Shown here one piece after another: positions 1 through 12,042 of a DNA stretch of 64,000 bases. Source of the DNA: Malacoraja senta (taxonomy: Eukaryota); NCBI GenBank assembly GCA_038087875.1, contig CM075994.1:11534001-11598000 (forward strand), in the 5' to 3' direction. The notes below the pieces were generated by a model that had not been told where the DNA came from, made no database searches, and saw only the letters and a program-made list of their open reading frames with translations. Numbering within the stretch: position 1 is the stretch's first letter; every line of letters starts with the position of its first letter. Position numbers and translations under genes: made by a program.

Positions 1-954
1 TGATGCTGCCACCATCATGTTTCACAGTGTGGATGGTGTGTTCAGGGTGATGTGCAGTGTTAGGTTTCCGCCACACATAGCGTTTTGCATTTAGGCCAAA
101 AACGTCAATTTTGGTCTCATCTGACCAGAGCACCTTCCTCCACATGTTTGCTGTGTCCCCCACATGGCTTGTGGCAAACTGCAAACGGGACTTCTTATGG
201 CTTTTTTTCAACAATAGCTTTCCTCCTGCCACTCTTCCATAAAGGCCCGATTTGTGGAGTGCACGAGTAATAGTTGTCCTGTGGACAGATTCTCCCACCT
301 GAGCTGTGGATATCTGCAGCTCCTCCAGAGTTACCATGGGCCTCTTGGCTGCTTCTCTGATCAATGCTCTCCTTGCCCGGCCTGTCAGTTTAGGTGGACG
401 GCCATGTCTTGGTAGGTTTGCAGTTGTGCCATACTCTTTCCATTTTCGGATGATGGATTGAACAGTGCTCCGTGAGATGTTCAAAGCTTGGGATATTTGT
501 TTATAACCTAACCCTGCTTTAAACTTCTCTACAAGTTTATCCCTGACCTGTCTGGTGTGTTCCTTGGGCTTCATGATGCTGTTTGTTCACTAATGTTCTC
601 TAACAAACCTCTGAGGCCTTCACAGAACAGCTGTATTTATACTGAGATTAGATTACACACAAGTGGACTCTATTTACTAATTAGGTGACTTCTGAAGGCA
701 ATTGGTTGCACTGGATTTTATTTAGGGGTATCAGAGTAAAGAGGGCTGAATATTTTTGCACGCGACACTTTTCAGTTTTTTATTTGTAAAATTTTTTTAA
801 AACCATGTATCATTTTCCTTCCACTTCACAATTATGCGCCACTTTGTGTTGGTCTATCACATAAAATCCCAATAAAATACATTTACGTTTGTGGTTGTAA
901 CGTGACAAAATGTGAAAAATGTTCAAGGTGTATTAATACTTTTGCAAGCCACTG
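1..954 (-). mobile_element. Tc1-like DNA transposon, 5' half (runs off the window)
   Basis: Minus-strand frame from ATG at 574 reads MKPKEHTRQVRDKLVEKFKAGLGYKQISQALNISRSTVQSIIRKWKEYGTTANLPRHGRPPKL...WSDETKIDVFG...VKHDGGSI (HTH, GRP motif, first catalytic D). Terminus TA|CAGTGGCTTGCAAAAGTATT on - (TA at 955-956); inner direct repeat near 742-768. Confidence 0.95.
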
Positions 955-956
955 TA

Positions 957-2205
957 TATGAAGGGGGAATCCTGCATGACTAATCTTGCGGAATTTTTTG
1001 AAGATGTGACAAGTAAAATGGATGAAGGAGAGCCAGTGGATGCAGTGTATCTGGACTTTCAAAACGCCTTTGATAAGGTCCTACAGAGGAGAATACTGGG
1101 CAAAATTGGAGCACAAGGTATTGAGGGTAGGGTAAGCCATGGATTGAGAATTGGTTGGCAGGCAGGAAACAAAGAGTAGGAATTAACGGGTCCCTGTCAG
1201 AATGGCAGACAGTGCGAGAGGAGTGCCGCAAGGCTCGTTGCTGGGGCCACGGCTATTTACAATGTCCATTAATGAATTGGATTATGGAATTAAAAGTAAC
1301 ATCAGCAAATTTGCAGATGACACAAAGCTGGGTGGCAGTGTGAACTGCGAAGAGGATGCTAGGAAGTTGCAGGGTGACCTGGACAGGTTGAGTGAGAGGG
1401 CAGATGCATGGCAGATGCAGTATAATGTAGATACATGTGAGGTTATCCACTTTGGAGGCAAGAACAAAGAGGCAGATTATTATATCAATGGTGTCAGATT
1501 AGGAAAAAGGGAAGTGCAACGAGACCTGGGTTTCCTTGTACACCAGTCATTGAAAGTAAACGTGCATTTACCGCAGGCTGCGAAGAAAGCGAATGGCATG
1601 TTGGCCGTCATAATGAGAGGATTTGAGTATAGGTCCTTCTGCTGTTTTACAGGGCCCTACTGAAACCGCATCTGGAGTATTGTGTGCAGATTTGGTCTCC
1701 TAATTTGAGGAAGGACATCCTTGCAGCGTAGGTTCACAAGGTTATTCCCGGGGGTGGCGGGACTGTCATAAGAGGAACGATTGGAAAGACTGGGCTTGTA
1801 TTGACTGGAATTTAGAAGGATGAGGGGGGATCTTGTAGAAACATATAAAATTATAAAAGGACTGGACGAGCTAGATGCAGGAAAAATGTTCCCAATGTTG
1901 GGGAAGTCCAGAACCAGGGGCCACAGTCTAAGAATAAAGGTGAGGCCATTTCAAACTGAGATGTGAAAAAAGTTTTGCATCCAGAAAGTTGTCAAATTCT
2001 CTGCCACGGAAGGTAGTGGAGGCCAATTCACTGGATGAATTTAAAAGAGAATAAGATAGAGCTCGTGGAGCTGGCGGAATCAAGGGGTATGGGGAGAAGG
2101 GAGTCATCTGATTGTGGATGATCAGCCATGATCACAATGAATGGCGGTGCTGTATCGAACGTCCGAATGGCCTCCTCCTGCACCTATTTTCTATGTTGCT
2201 ATGTC
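957..2205 (+). mobile_element. CR1-clade LINE, 3' part (RT and tail), decayed
   Basis: ORF fragments DAVYLDFQNAFDKV, GVPQGSLLGP, KFADDTKLGG; CR1-type 3' tail ending cctattttctatgt. Confidence 0.9.
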
Positions 2206-3800
2206 TTTACCATAATCCTGAAAAGTTCACTGACAAATTCAGGAACCTGGAAAACCCAGGCGTTACACCTCTCCGCAGTCTACAGATAACAAACTGAACA
2301 TTTAAGAATCAATTCTGGTATGAATATCGGGTGGAAGTTTGTTTCGTCTAATCCCGCTGCACAAACTGAAGGGCTACGCCGGCAGCATTTACTGAGAAGC
2401 AACATCATAACATTCGCTTTTGGTCCGTATGATAAAAGCTTGTAAACGTACAGCTGTTTGAAATTCGCAAGTTGCTTAAAACATACAGAAGACAGACACA
2501 AACTGCTGGAGTAACTCAGCGGGACAGGCAGCATCTCTGGAGAGAAGGAATGGGTGACGTTTCGGGTGGAGACCCTTTTTCAAACATACTGATCTCCGCG
2601 TTTCTGAAAAAGAAGCATTACTTGAGAGAATTTAGGCCCATGTTTCTCTTTATGGCTTCAATAAATTGGAAAAGAGGAAATAACACAGATGTCGATCATG
2701 TGGCTGGAGTGCAGTGTCTCTGGCATCCACAATCATAACTTGTCGAGAGCCGGTGATCATGGTGCACATTAGTCCAGCCTCAGATTCACCCTTGACACAT
2801 TACATTTTGCCTACCGTTCTCGGACAATTCATCGGACGCCATCTCTATGGCGTCACGGTACAGTCATCTCCAGAACATCTGGAGAAGAAGGCCTCCTATT
2901 GTTTGTCTACAGATCCACAATCAGTATCACAATCCCAACCAAACCCATCTCCATATTCCTGTAACTTGCAGACATCACGCCCTCTGCCACTGACTGCCTG
3001 ACTCGCACACAAAATCAGAAAGGGTAAGCGACAAATCATCGTCCGCGATCATTTTCATCATCGGCGCACAGAAAAGCCGCGTCATCTGCATCTTACTCTC
3101 TCCCTGTACACTTCCTGCTGTGTGACCAGTTCTTGCTCCAACTACATTTACAGGTTTGTAGATAAATACACCGTGGTCAGCCGGATCTTCCAAGGAGATT
3201 GAGATCTTCGTAGCATGATGTGAATGCAACACCCTCTTCCCTCGTGTCTGAAAGACGAAAGAGCTAGGAATTGGACTTAAGAAGAGGTGGAGTGCATGAA
3301 TCAATCTGCATCAATAGTGCTGAGTTAGAAACTGGGTAGACAGGCAGATGTGTGAGAAGAGCGCACGGGAATGAAAATTACATGAAATTGCAAAAGTCAT
3401 CATTCGGTCCACTATCTCACAAGGTATCACTTGAAAAACCATCATTCAATCCGATGCAGAAATACTAAAACAATGCCGATTTGTTAACGATGGTACAACA
3501 TTAACGATTCACATGTGTGCGAGTGCATTGGATCGCAGTAATTATAAACGGAACATTCCAGTATTTATAAATTGTAATTATAAATTCAACTGAACATTCA
3601 AGGGTAGATGAGAAATGTAATTCAGTTCCTTGCGAGGGGTGACATAGATTCAGGAGATGCATGTCAGTATGGATAGATCTGAGGAATTGTAAGGGTAAAA
3701 CGACCCTAGTGGGAGTTATCAACAGGCCCCCAAACAGTAGCCTGGATATAGGGTGCAAGTTGAATCAAGAGTTAAAATTGGCATGTCATAAAGATAATGC

Positions 3801-5621
3801 ATTGCTTCATCCAATACATCTGCTGGGATATTATAATGATCTTTTGTATATTTTTTCAAATAGTCACATATTTGAAAATATTTAAAATATTGATTATTTC
3901 CCAGTTTATATTTTATTTGTAATTGTTGGAATGATAGTAATTTTCCAGTTTCATACAAGTCACCGAACGTTTTAATTCCTAGTCTATCCCATTGTATAAA
4001 AGATTTGTCTGTAATAGAGGGATTAAACGAAGGGTTATTAACTATTGGAGATAAAAGCGATAGATTTCTTAATTTTAAATTTTGTTTTATTTGTTTCCAA
4101 GTTCTGATTGTACTATGTATAATTGGGTTTTTGTTATAATTTATGTTATTCAGTTTCATTGGTGAGAGGAGGATCGCTCCAATGTTACCAGAGGAGCAGT
4201 CCTCTCTCTCCATTACAATCCAGTCCACATGCTGGGCAGAGTTGTCCATCAGTTGGATCATATTTTTAATATATACTGACCAATAATAATACATGAAGTT
4301 AGGGAGTGCTAAGCCCCCTAATACTTTAGCTTTGTTCAAGTGTGTTCTTTGTATTCTATGGGATTTATAGTCCCATATAAAATTAATAATGTCTGAGTCC
4401 AATTTTTTTTTAAACTTCTTTGGTGGGTATATAGGAATCGATTGAAATAGGTATAAAATTTGTAGTAAGAAGATCATTTTTATTGCATTTATTCGGCCTA
4501 TTAAAGACATCGGAAGCGTTTCCCAAAATTTAATTAATGTATTTAATTTATTAATTAGAGGATCATAATTTGCTTTGAACATGCCTTGATATGTTCTTTG
4601 CTTGATATTAAGCAAACTTAATATCATATTTGTATAATATTATCTTAAATGTAGAAATACCATCTACGGAAGGTATTAGAAGAGACTGGGAACAAGAATT
4701 AGCTTTTAAAATCTCAAAGGAAAGGTGGAATGAACATTTATTAAACGTGCATAAATGTTCGATTAATGTAAGACACACTTTAATACAATTTAAAATTTTA
4801 CATAGATTATATTATTCAAAAACTAAAATTAATACAATTTTCCCAAATGTATCATCCATTTGTGATAAATGTCAATCTCAAGAAGCTACTATAGCGCAAT
4901 CATTTGTTTTTTGTACAAAAATTCAAAAATTTTGGATTGAAATTTTTGAAATCTTTACAAAATTATTTAAAATAAAACTGATACCAAAAGCAGAATGGAT
5001 TATCTTCGGAACAACGGAAGATAGTCCTGAACTAAATGTGTTTCAAAAGAAATTAATAGATTACGGGTTAATAACTGGAAAAAAGTTAATCCTTAAATTC
5101 TGGAAAAACGCTCCAATACCACCTATAAACATGTGGATTTCAAATATGTTTGAAACATTACACCTAGAAGAGATAACACTCCTCCTGGCAGGTAAACCAG
5201 ATCACTTCCACCTGACGTGGTCTGCATTTATAGAATTATTACAAGTATAGGGTGCAAAAGTACTTTAAAAAAACCGTGGTCAGGTAAAGGGGGATGAAAG
5301 CTGGGGAGTTGGTATATCCCATTTGCGTGATGCTTATAACAAAGTATTTGTTTTTCTCTTTTTTCCTCTTTCTCTTTTTTTTTTCTTTAGGGTCTATCTC
5401 TTAATCCTTTCATTTTAATTTCTTTTCTACAGGGTCTCTGTTCTTTCCTGTTGTCACGTTTTTACACCTTCACTATTTTCCTTCACATTCTCTTTTTTCT
5501 TAATCTCAACCTTTCCTTTTTATCAGTGTAAAAAATGACGGAGTACATTAATTGTAATAAGATATACGTGATGAGTACAAATGTAATTGGTTGTAATGTC
5601 ATGTACTTATAATTTAAAAAA
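3801..5621. mobile_element. L1-clade LINE insertion, 5'-truncated with 5' inversion
   Basis: ORF2 fragment on - (3801-about 4610: LPMSLIGRINAIKM...GGLALPNFMYYYW) abuts the downstream ORF2 fragment on + (about 4611-5250: QFKILHRLYYS, CDKC zinc knuckle), then a T-rich 3' UTR and A-rich tail. Flanked by direct repeat ATAAAGATAATGC at 3788-3800 and 5622-5634. Confidence 0.9.
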
Positions 5622-8049
5622 ATAAAGATAATGCTACGGTTGTTATTTGAAATTTCAACATGCAGGTAGACTGGGAAAATCAGGTTGTTACTGGACCCCA
5701 AGAAAGGGAGTTTGAGGAGTGCCTCCGTGATGATTTATTAGAGCAGCTTGTATTGGAGCCTACCAGGGAGAAGGCAATCTTCGATTTAGTGTTGTGTAAT
5801 GAACCGGGTTTGATAAGGGAACTCGAGGTAATGGAGACATTACGAGGAAGTGAGCAAAATATGATAAGTTTTGTTCTACAATTTAAGAGGGAGAAGGGTA
5901 AATCGAAGGTGTCAGTATTATAGTTGAACAAAGGAGACTATGGTGCCATGAGAGAGGAGCTGGCCAAAGTTGACTGGAAAGATACCCTAGTAGGGATGGG
6001 AGTGGACCAAAAATGACAGGTATTTCTGGGAATAATACAGAAGGTGTACAGAAGGTTCATTCCAAAGAGGAAGACAGATTCTAAGGGGAGTAAAGGGCGG
6101 CCGTGGCTGACAAGTGAAGTCAGGGACAGTATAAAAATAAAAGAGAAAAATTATAACATAGCATAGGTGAGCGGGAAGCCAGAGAATTGGGTAACTTTTA
6201 AAGAGCAACAGAATATAACTAAAAAGGCAATATGGGAAGAAAATATGAGGTACGCGGATAAGCTAGCTACGAATATAAAGGAGGATAGTAAAAACTTCTT
6301 TAGGTATGTGAAGAGGAAAAAAATAGTTAAGACCAAATTTGGAGTATTGAAGACTGAAAATGGTGAATTTATTATGGGGAACAAGGAAATGGCAGACGAG
6401 GTAAACAGGTACTATGGAACAGTCTTCACTAAGGAGGACACAAACAATCTCCCTGGTGTACTAGTGGCCATAGGATCAAGGGTGATTGAGGATCTGAAGA
6501 AATGCACATTAGGCAGGACATGGTATTGGGTAGATAGATGAGACTGAAGACTGATAAATCCACAGGGCGTGATGGTCTGCATCCCAGGGTACTCAAGCAG
6601 GTGGCGCTGGAAATCGTGAATACATTGCTAATAATTTTCCAATCTTCTATAGATTCAGGATCAGTTCATGTGGATTAGAGGGTAGCTAATGTTATCCCAC
6701 TTTTTTAACAAAGCGGGAAAGAGAAAACAGGAAATGATAGACCAGTAAGCCTGACATCGGTGGTGCGGAAGATACTGGAGTCAATTGCAAAAGATCAAAT
6801 AGCGGCACCCTTGGATAGCAGTAGCAGGATCGGTCCGAGCCAGCATGGATTTATGAAGGGGAAATCATACTTGACTAATCTTATCGAATTTTTTGTGGAT
6901 GTAACTTGGAAAATGGGCAAGAGAAAGCCAGTGGATTTAGTGTACTTGGACTTTCAGAAAGCATTTGATAAGGTCCCTCATAAGAGATTAGTGGACAAAA
7001 TTAGGGCACATGCTATTGGGGTAAAGAACTGACATGGATAGAAAATTGGTTGGCAGACAGGAAACAAAGAGTATGGATTAACGAGTCCCTTTGAGAATGA
7101 CAGGCAGTGACTAGTGGGGTACCGCAAGGGTCTGTGCTGGGACCGCAGCTATTTACAATAACCTAGACTAAGTGGGATCCTTTGGGTCCCAGGTACACAC
7201 GGGGGGCTGGTCCCCAAACGCAATATTCCACCTCTCCACCAATTCCAATATTGGTGGACATTCGGGGAGGGGGGTCTTTCTGTAGCGCTAGCATGAGTGT
7301 TGTGGGCCGAAGGGACTGGTTTCCAGAGGGCTAGTATAGACATTGTGGGCCGAATGGATTCCTGGGCTGGCAGTTCAGTCACTCAGTATCTCAGGTCTGG
7401 CAGTTCAGTCACTCAGGCCTGGCTGTTCAGTCACTCAGGCCTGGCGGGCTGGCAGCTCAAGCCTGGTGGGCTGGCAGCTCATTCACACAGAGCTGGTGGG
7501 CTGGCAGCTCAGGGCTGGTGGGCTGGCAGCTCAGAAACTGCCAGAAATTCTGCTCAAAACAGGTGAGAGACTCTGTGAGAGAGAAGAGGGAGAGGGTGGA
7601 GAATCAACTTTAGACATTTTTCATCAGATCACAGCAATGAAGGAGGAAAGTCTCACCTGGAGTGGATCTCACTGTGAGCCAATGATGGGAGGGAGAAACA
7701 TACTGGGGTGAGGTTTAATACTTACAGCGGGAATACTTACTGATGGGCCGAAGGAACTCCTTCTGGGCTAGTACAGGCATGATGCGCCGAATGTACTCTT
7801 TAAATAAATCAGAGTGAAATCTCAGTTAAAGGCACTTTTTCTTGAATTTTCCCGGCCTGGCACATGCCATTTGGGCCAAAATACTCCTCCTGGGCTAATA
7901 CGGTCATTTTCGGCAAAAGGGACTAGTTGCTGGGCTAATAGGGGCCTTGTGGACCGAAATGAGTGGTTTTAGGTTGTCCAAAGGTGGGCAGTCATGTGAG
8001 TCACTCACTCGCGGCTGGTGGGTTGGCAGTTGACTCACGGCTGGCGGGC

Positions 8050-8260
8050 TCACACACACACCCTCCATCACACACACATACCCTCCACCTCACACACACA
8101 ATCCATCACACACACACAGACACCCTCCATCACACACACACACATTCATACATACACACACAGCCACACTCACACACACACAATATCCATCACACACTCA
8201 CAGGCACACTCAGCCACCCTCCATCTCACACACACTGACTCACACACACTCACTCAAACG
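8050..8260. repeat. (CA)-rich microsatellite
   Basis: Interrupted cacacac runs. Confidence 0.9.
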
Positions 8261-8384
8261 GACACAACATATATACGACAGTAAAATATCTTGAATCTAC
8301 TCACGCGGCTGAGCGCGGCCTCTCCATCGAGCGGGACTTCCGGAGTGAGCGGGACATTTGGATCAATCGGAGTGCAGGGCCAAC

Positions 8385-10080
8385 AAGTCAAGTCAAGTCA
8401 AATCAAGTAAAGTAAAGTCAAGTCAAGCACAGTGAGTGCAGTGCCAACAATCCATTTCAAGTCAAGTCAAGTCAATCCATTTCAAGTCAAGTCACGTCAA
8501 TTCATTTCACATCAAGTCCAGTCAAGTCAAGTCAATCCATTTCAAGTCAAGTCAATCCAAGTCAATCCAAGTCACTCCAAGTCAATCCAAGGCAATCCAA
8601 GGCAATCCAAGCCAAGCCAAGTCAAGTCAAGTAAAGCCAAGCACAGCGCAAGCGGGGCCAACAATACAATCCATTTGCCAAAAAAGTCCATCCATTTCAA
8701 GTCAAGACAATCCATTTCAAGTCAAGTCAAGTCAAGTCAATCCATTTCAAGTCAAGTCAACTCAATCCATTTCAGGTCAAGTCAAGTCAAGTCGTCCAGC
8801 CATTTCAAATCCAGTCAAGTCAATCCATTTCAAGTCAATCCAAGTCAATCCATGACAATCCACGTCAATCAAAGTCAATCCAAGTCACTCCAAGTCACTC
8901 CAATTCTCTCCTAGTCACTCCACGTCACTCCAAGTCAATCCAAGTCAAGTCAATCCAAGTCAATCCTAGTCAATCCAAGTCAAGTGAAATAAAGTCAAGT
9001 CAAGTCAATCCAAGTCAATCCAAGTCAATCCAATTCAATCCAAGTCAATCCAAGTCAATCCAAGTCAATCCAAGTCAATCCAAGTCATCCAAGGCAATTC
9101 AAGCCAAGCCAAGTCAAATCAAGTAAGGCCAAGCCAAACAGAGGGCAGGCGGGGACAACAATACAATCCATTTGCTTTCATTTCAGGACAAGCAAATCAA
9201 AGGCAAAGCAAAAGCAAAAGCACATGGCAGGCGGGGCCAGCCAACAATGCAATTCATTTGCTCTCATTTCAGGACAAGCAAATCAAAGGCAAAGCAAAAG
9301 CAAAAGCACAGTGCAGGCGGGGCCGGCCAACAATACAATCCATTTGCTTTCATTTCAGGTCAAGCAAAGCAAAGACAAAGCAAAAGCAAAAGCACATGGC
9401 AAGCGGGGCCAGCCAACAATACAATCCATTTGCTATCATTTCAGATCAAGCAAAGCAAATCAAGTCAAGTCAAGTTAAGTCAATCCATTTCAAGTCAAGT
9501 CAAGTCAAGTCAAGTCAAGTCAAGTCAATCGATTTAAAGTCAAGTCAAGTCAAGTCAAGTCAGGTCAATCCATTTCAAGTCAAGTCAAGTCAAGTCAAGT
9601 AAATCGATTTCAAGTCAAGTCAAGTCAAGTCAGGTCAATCCATTTCAAGTCAAGTCAAGTCAAGTCAATCCAAGTCAATCCAAGTCAATCCAAGTCAATC
9701 CAAGTCAAGCCAAGCCAAGTCAAGTAAAGCCAAGCCAAGCACGGGGCAGGCGGGGCCAACAATACTGTCCATTTGCTTTCATTTAAGGTCAAGCAAAGCA
9801 AAGGCAAAGCAAAAGAAAAAGCACAGGGCAGGCGGGGCCAGCCAACAATACAATCATTTTGCTTTCATTTAAGGTCAAGCAAAACAAAAAGGCAAAGCAA
9901 ATCAAAAGCACAGGGCAGGCGGGGCCAACAATGCAAATCAATTTGCTTTCATTTCAGGCCAAGCAAAGCAAAGGCAAAGCAAAAGCAAAAGCACAGGGAA
10001 GGCGGGGCCAGCCAACAATACAATCCATTTGCTTTCATTTCAGGTCAAGCAAAGCAAAAGCAAAAGCACAGGGCAGGTCA
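8385..10080. repeat. (AAGTC/AATCC)n pentamer satellite interleaved with an ~85-bp composite tandem repeat
   Basis: Many aagtc units; unit gcacagggcaggcggggccagccaacaatacaatccatttgctttcatttcaggtcaagcaaagcaaaggcaaagcaaaagcaaaa repeated about 7-8 times in 9140-10075. Confidence 0.95.
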
Positions 10081-12042
10081 AACAAGTCATTGCATTTTCA
10101 TTTCATTTCCATTTCCATTGAAGTTTCAAGCACAGGGCTGGCTAAACTACTCATTGCATTTTCATTTAATTTCCATTTCCATTGCAGATTCAAGCACAGG
10201 GCAGGCCAAACAACTCATTGCATTTTCACTTTGGGCTAACAAATTATTTATTGCCAATACATTGCAGACTTTCAGTTCAGTTGAATCACAGCTTAGACTC
10301 ACAGTTGGGGACTCTCCCTCACAATTTTCCAGAGTGAGTGACTCATGTCCGGCATCCGGGGCTAAATACTCCCGCCCCCCCCGGAAGGGGCGTTGCGTTC
10401 ACCATGGTGAGAGGACCAATCAGCTAATCTCACGATTTTTTAAACATTCATATTTTTTTTATTTTTCAGCGATCGGAAAAATCCTTGGGGCTGCTGCAGC
10501 GGAGGAGGACTGTGAGTAAGATGGCAAAAATCATAGCGATATAGGGTACCGTTTTTTCTGAAAATCAATTAACTACTTAGAGAGGAAATGGTCAAGATGA
10601 GACTTTTAGTATAATGACAGATATTATTCATTCAGATGAATGGATTACAGGTAACATTAGCAAATTTGCACATGACACAAAGCTGGGTGGCAGTGTGAAC
10701 TGTGAGGAGGATGTTATGAGAATGCAGGGTGACTTGGACAGGTTGGTTGAGTGGGCAGATGGCATGGCAGATGCAGTTTAATTTGGATAAATAAATTATC
10801 CTTCTTTGGTGGCAAAATAGGAAGGCCGATTATTCTCTAAATGGTGTCATATTGTGAAGACTGGAAGTACAACGGGATCCGGGGGTCCTTGTTCATCAGT
10901 CAATGAAAGTAAGCACGCAGGTGCAGCAGGCAGTGAAGAATGCGAATGGCATGTTGGCCTTCATACAAGAGGAGTCGAGTATAGGAGCAGATAGGTCCTT
11001 CTGCAGTTGTACAGGCCCCTGGTGAGATCACACCTGAGTATTGTGTGAAGTTTTGATCTCCAAATTTGAGGAACGACATTCTTGCTATTGAGGGAGTGTA
11101 GCGTAGGTGCACAGGATTAATTCCCCGGGTGGTGGGACTGTCATATGCTAAGAGAATGGAACGGCTGGGTTGTATATTCTGGAATTTAGAAGGGTGAGAG
11201 GGGATCTTATTGAAACATATAAGATTATTGAGGGTTTGGACACGCTAGAGGCAGGAAACATATTCCCGATGTTGGGGGACTCCAGAACCAGGGGGCACTG
11301 TTTAAGAATAAGGGGTAAGCAGTTTAGAACGGAGATAAGGAAACAATTATTTCACACACAGAGTTGTGAGTCTGTGGAAGCCGGTTTTCTGGATACTTTC
11401 AACAGAGAGCTAGATAGGGTTCTTAAAGATAGCGGAGTTAGGGGATATGGGGAGAAGGCAGGAACGGGGTACTGATTGTGGATGATCAGCCATGATCACA
11501 TTAAATGGCGTTGCTGGCTCGAAGGGTCGAAGGGCCTACTCATGCACCTATTGTCTATTGCCTAAACAGACACTTTTTTGTTATGTGTTGTGCAATATTT
11601 CTGTCACTTCTTCAGACTCATTCATAGTCTCGGTAAATTTGATTGTTCGCATAATCATAGATATCTCCTCAGATTTTAATTGCACATGATACTTGTAAAA
11701 CATAAGAGAGGGTGCATATTGCAATTTGTTGGTGCAGCTAATGGAGAAAATTCAAAAGAAACCGCATTAAAGCGTTTACAAAAATATTTAAGCTGATAAC
11801 CGATGTTTGATGTATTGACGATTTCAAAAGCAGAAACATGTCTCTACAGACTACCATTTTAACAGTGATGAAGGGCATGAAACAAACAACCTAATTAACG
11901 TGATCGTGATTGAATAATACCAATCTCATAGCGTGTTGATTCCACCCTTGAGGTTTCTGTAAAGTATAAGTACGAGCTAATTTTGAAATCGGGATATCCG
12001 TGAGCCTATTGAACTGACTAGAAAGGCATCTTCCAACTAAAT

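Larger units (their letters stand above)
7163..10621 (-). mobile_element. Non-autonomous Helitron-like element
   Basis: On -: starts A|TC(tgtcattatactaaaagtc); ends with hairpin GGGACCC-AAA-GGATCCC followed by ACTTAGTCTAG. No TSD; the host CR1 is continuous across it. Confidence 0.72.
3660..11560 (+). mobile_element. Long CR1-clade LINE split into three pieces (about 3660-3800, 5635-7162, 10622-11560) by two nested insertions
   Basis: Endonuclease-region fragment (TLVGVINRPPNS) resumes after the L1; LDFQKAFDKVPH at about 6950; gaccgcagctatttacaata resumes as ...gtaacattagcaaatttgca after 10621; tail at about 11550. Confidence 0.88.

Noticed and set aside
9140..10075. CRISPR-like regular repeats
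   Set aside because: No unique spacers, no cas genes, eukaryotic context; this is a plain tandem array.
8432..10519. Long S/Q/K-rich ORFs
   Set aside because: They are translations of stop-poor pentamer and ~85-bp tandem repeats.
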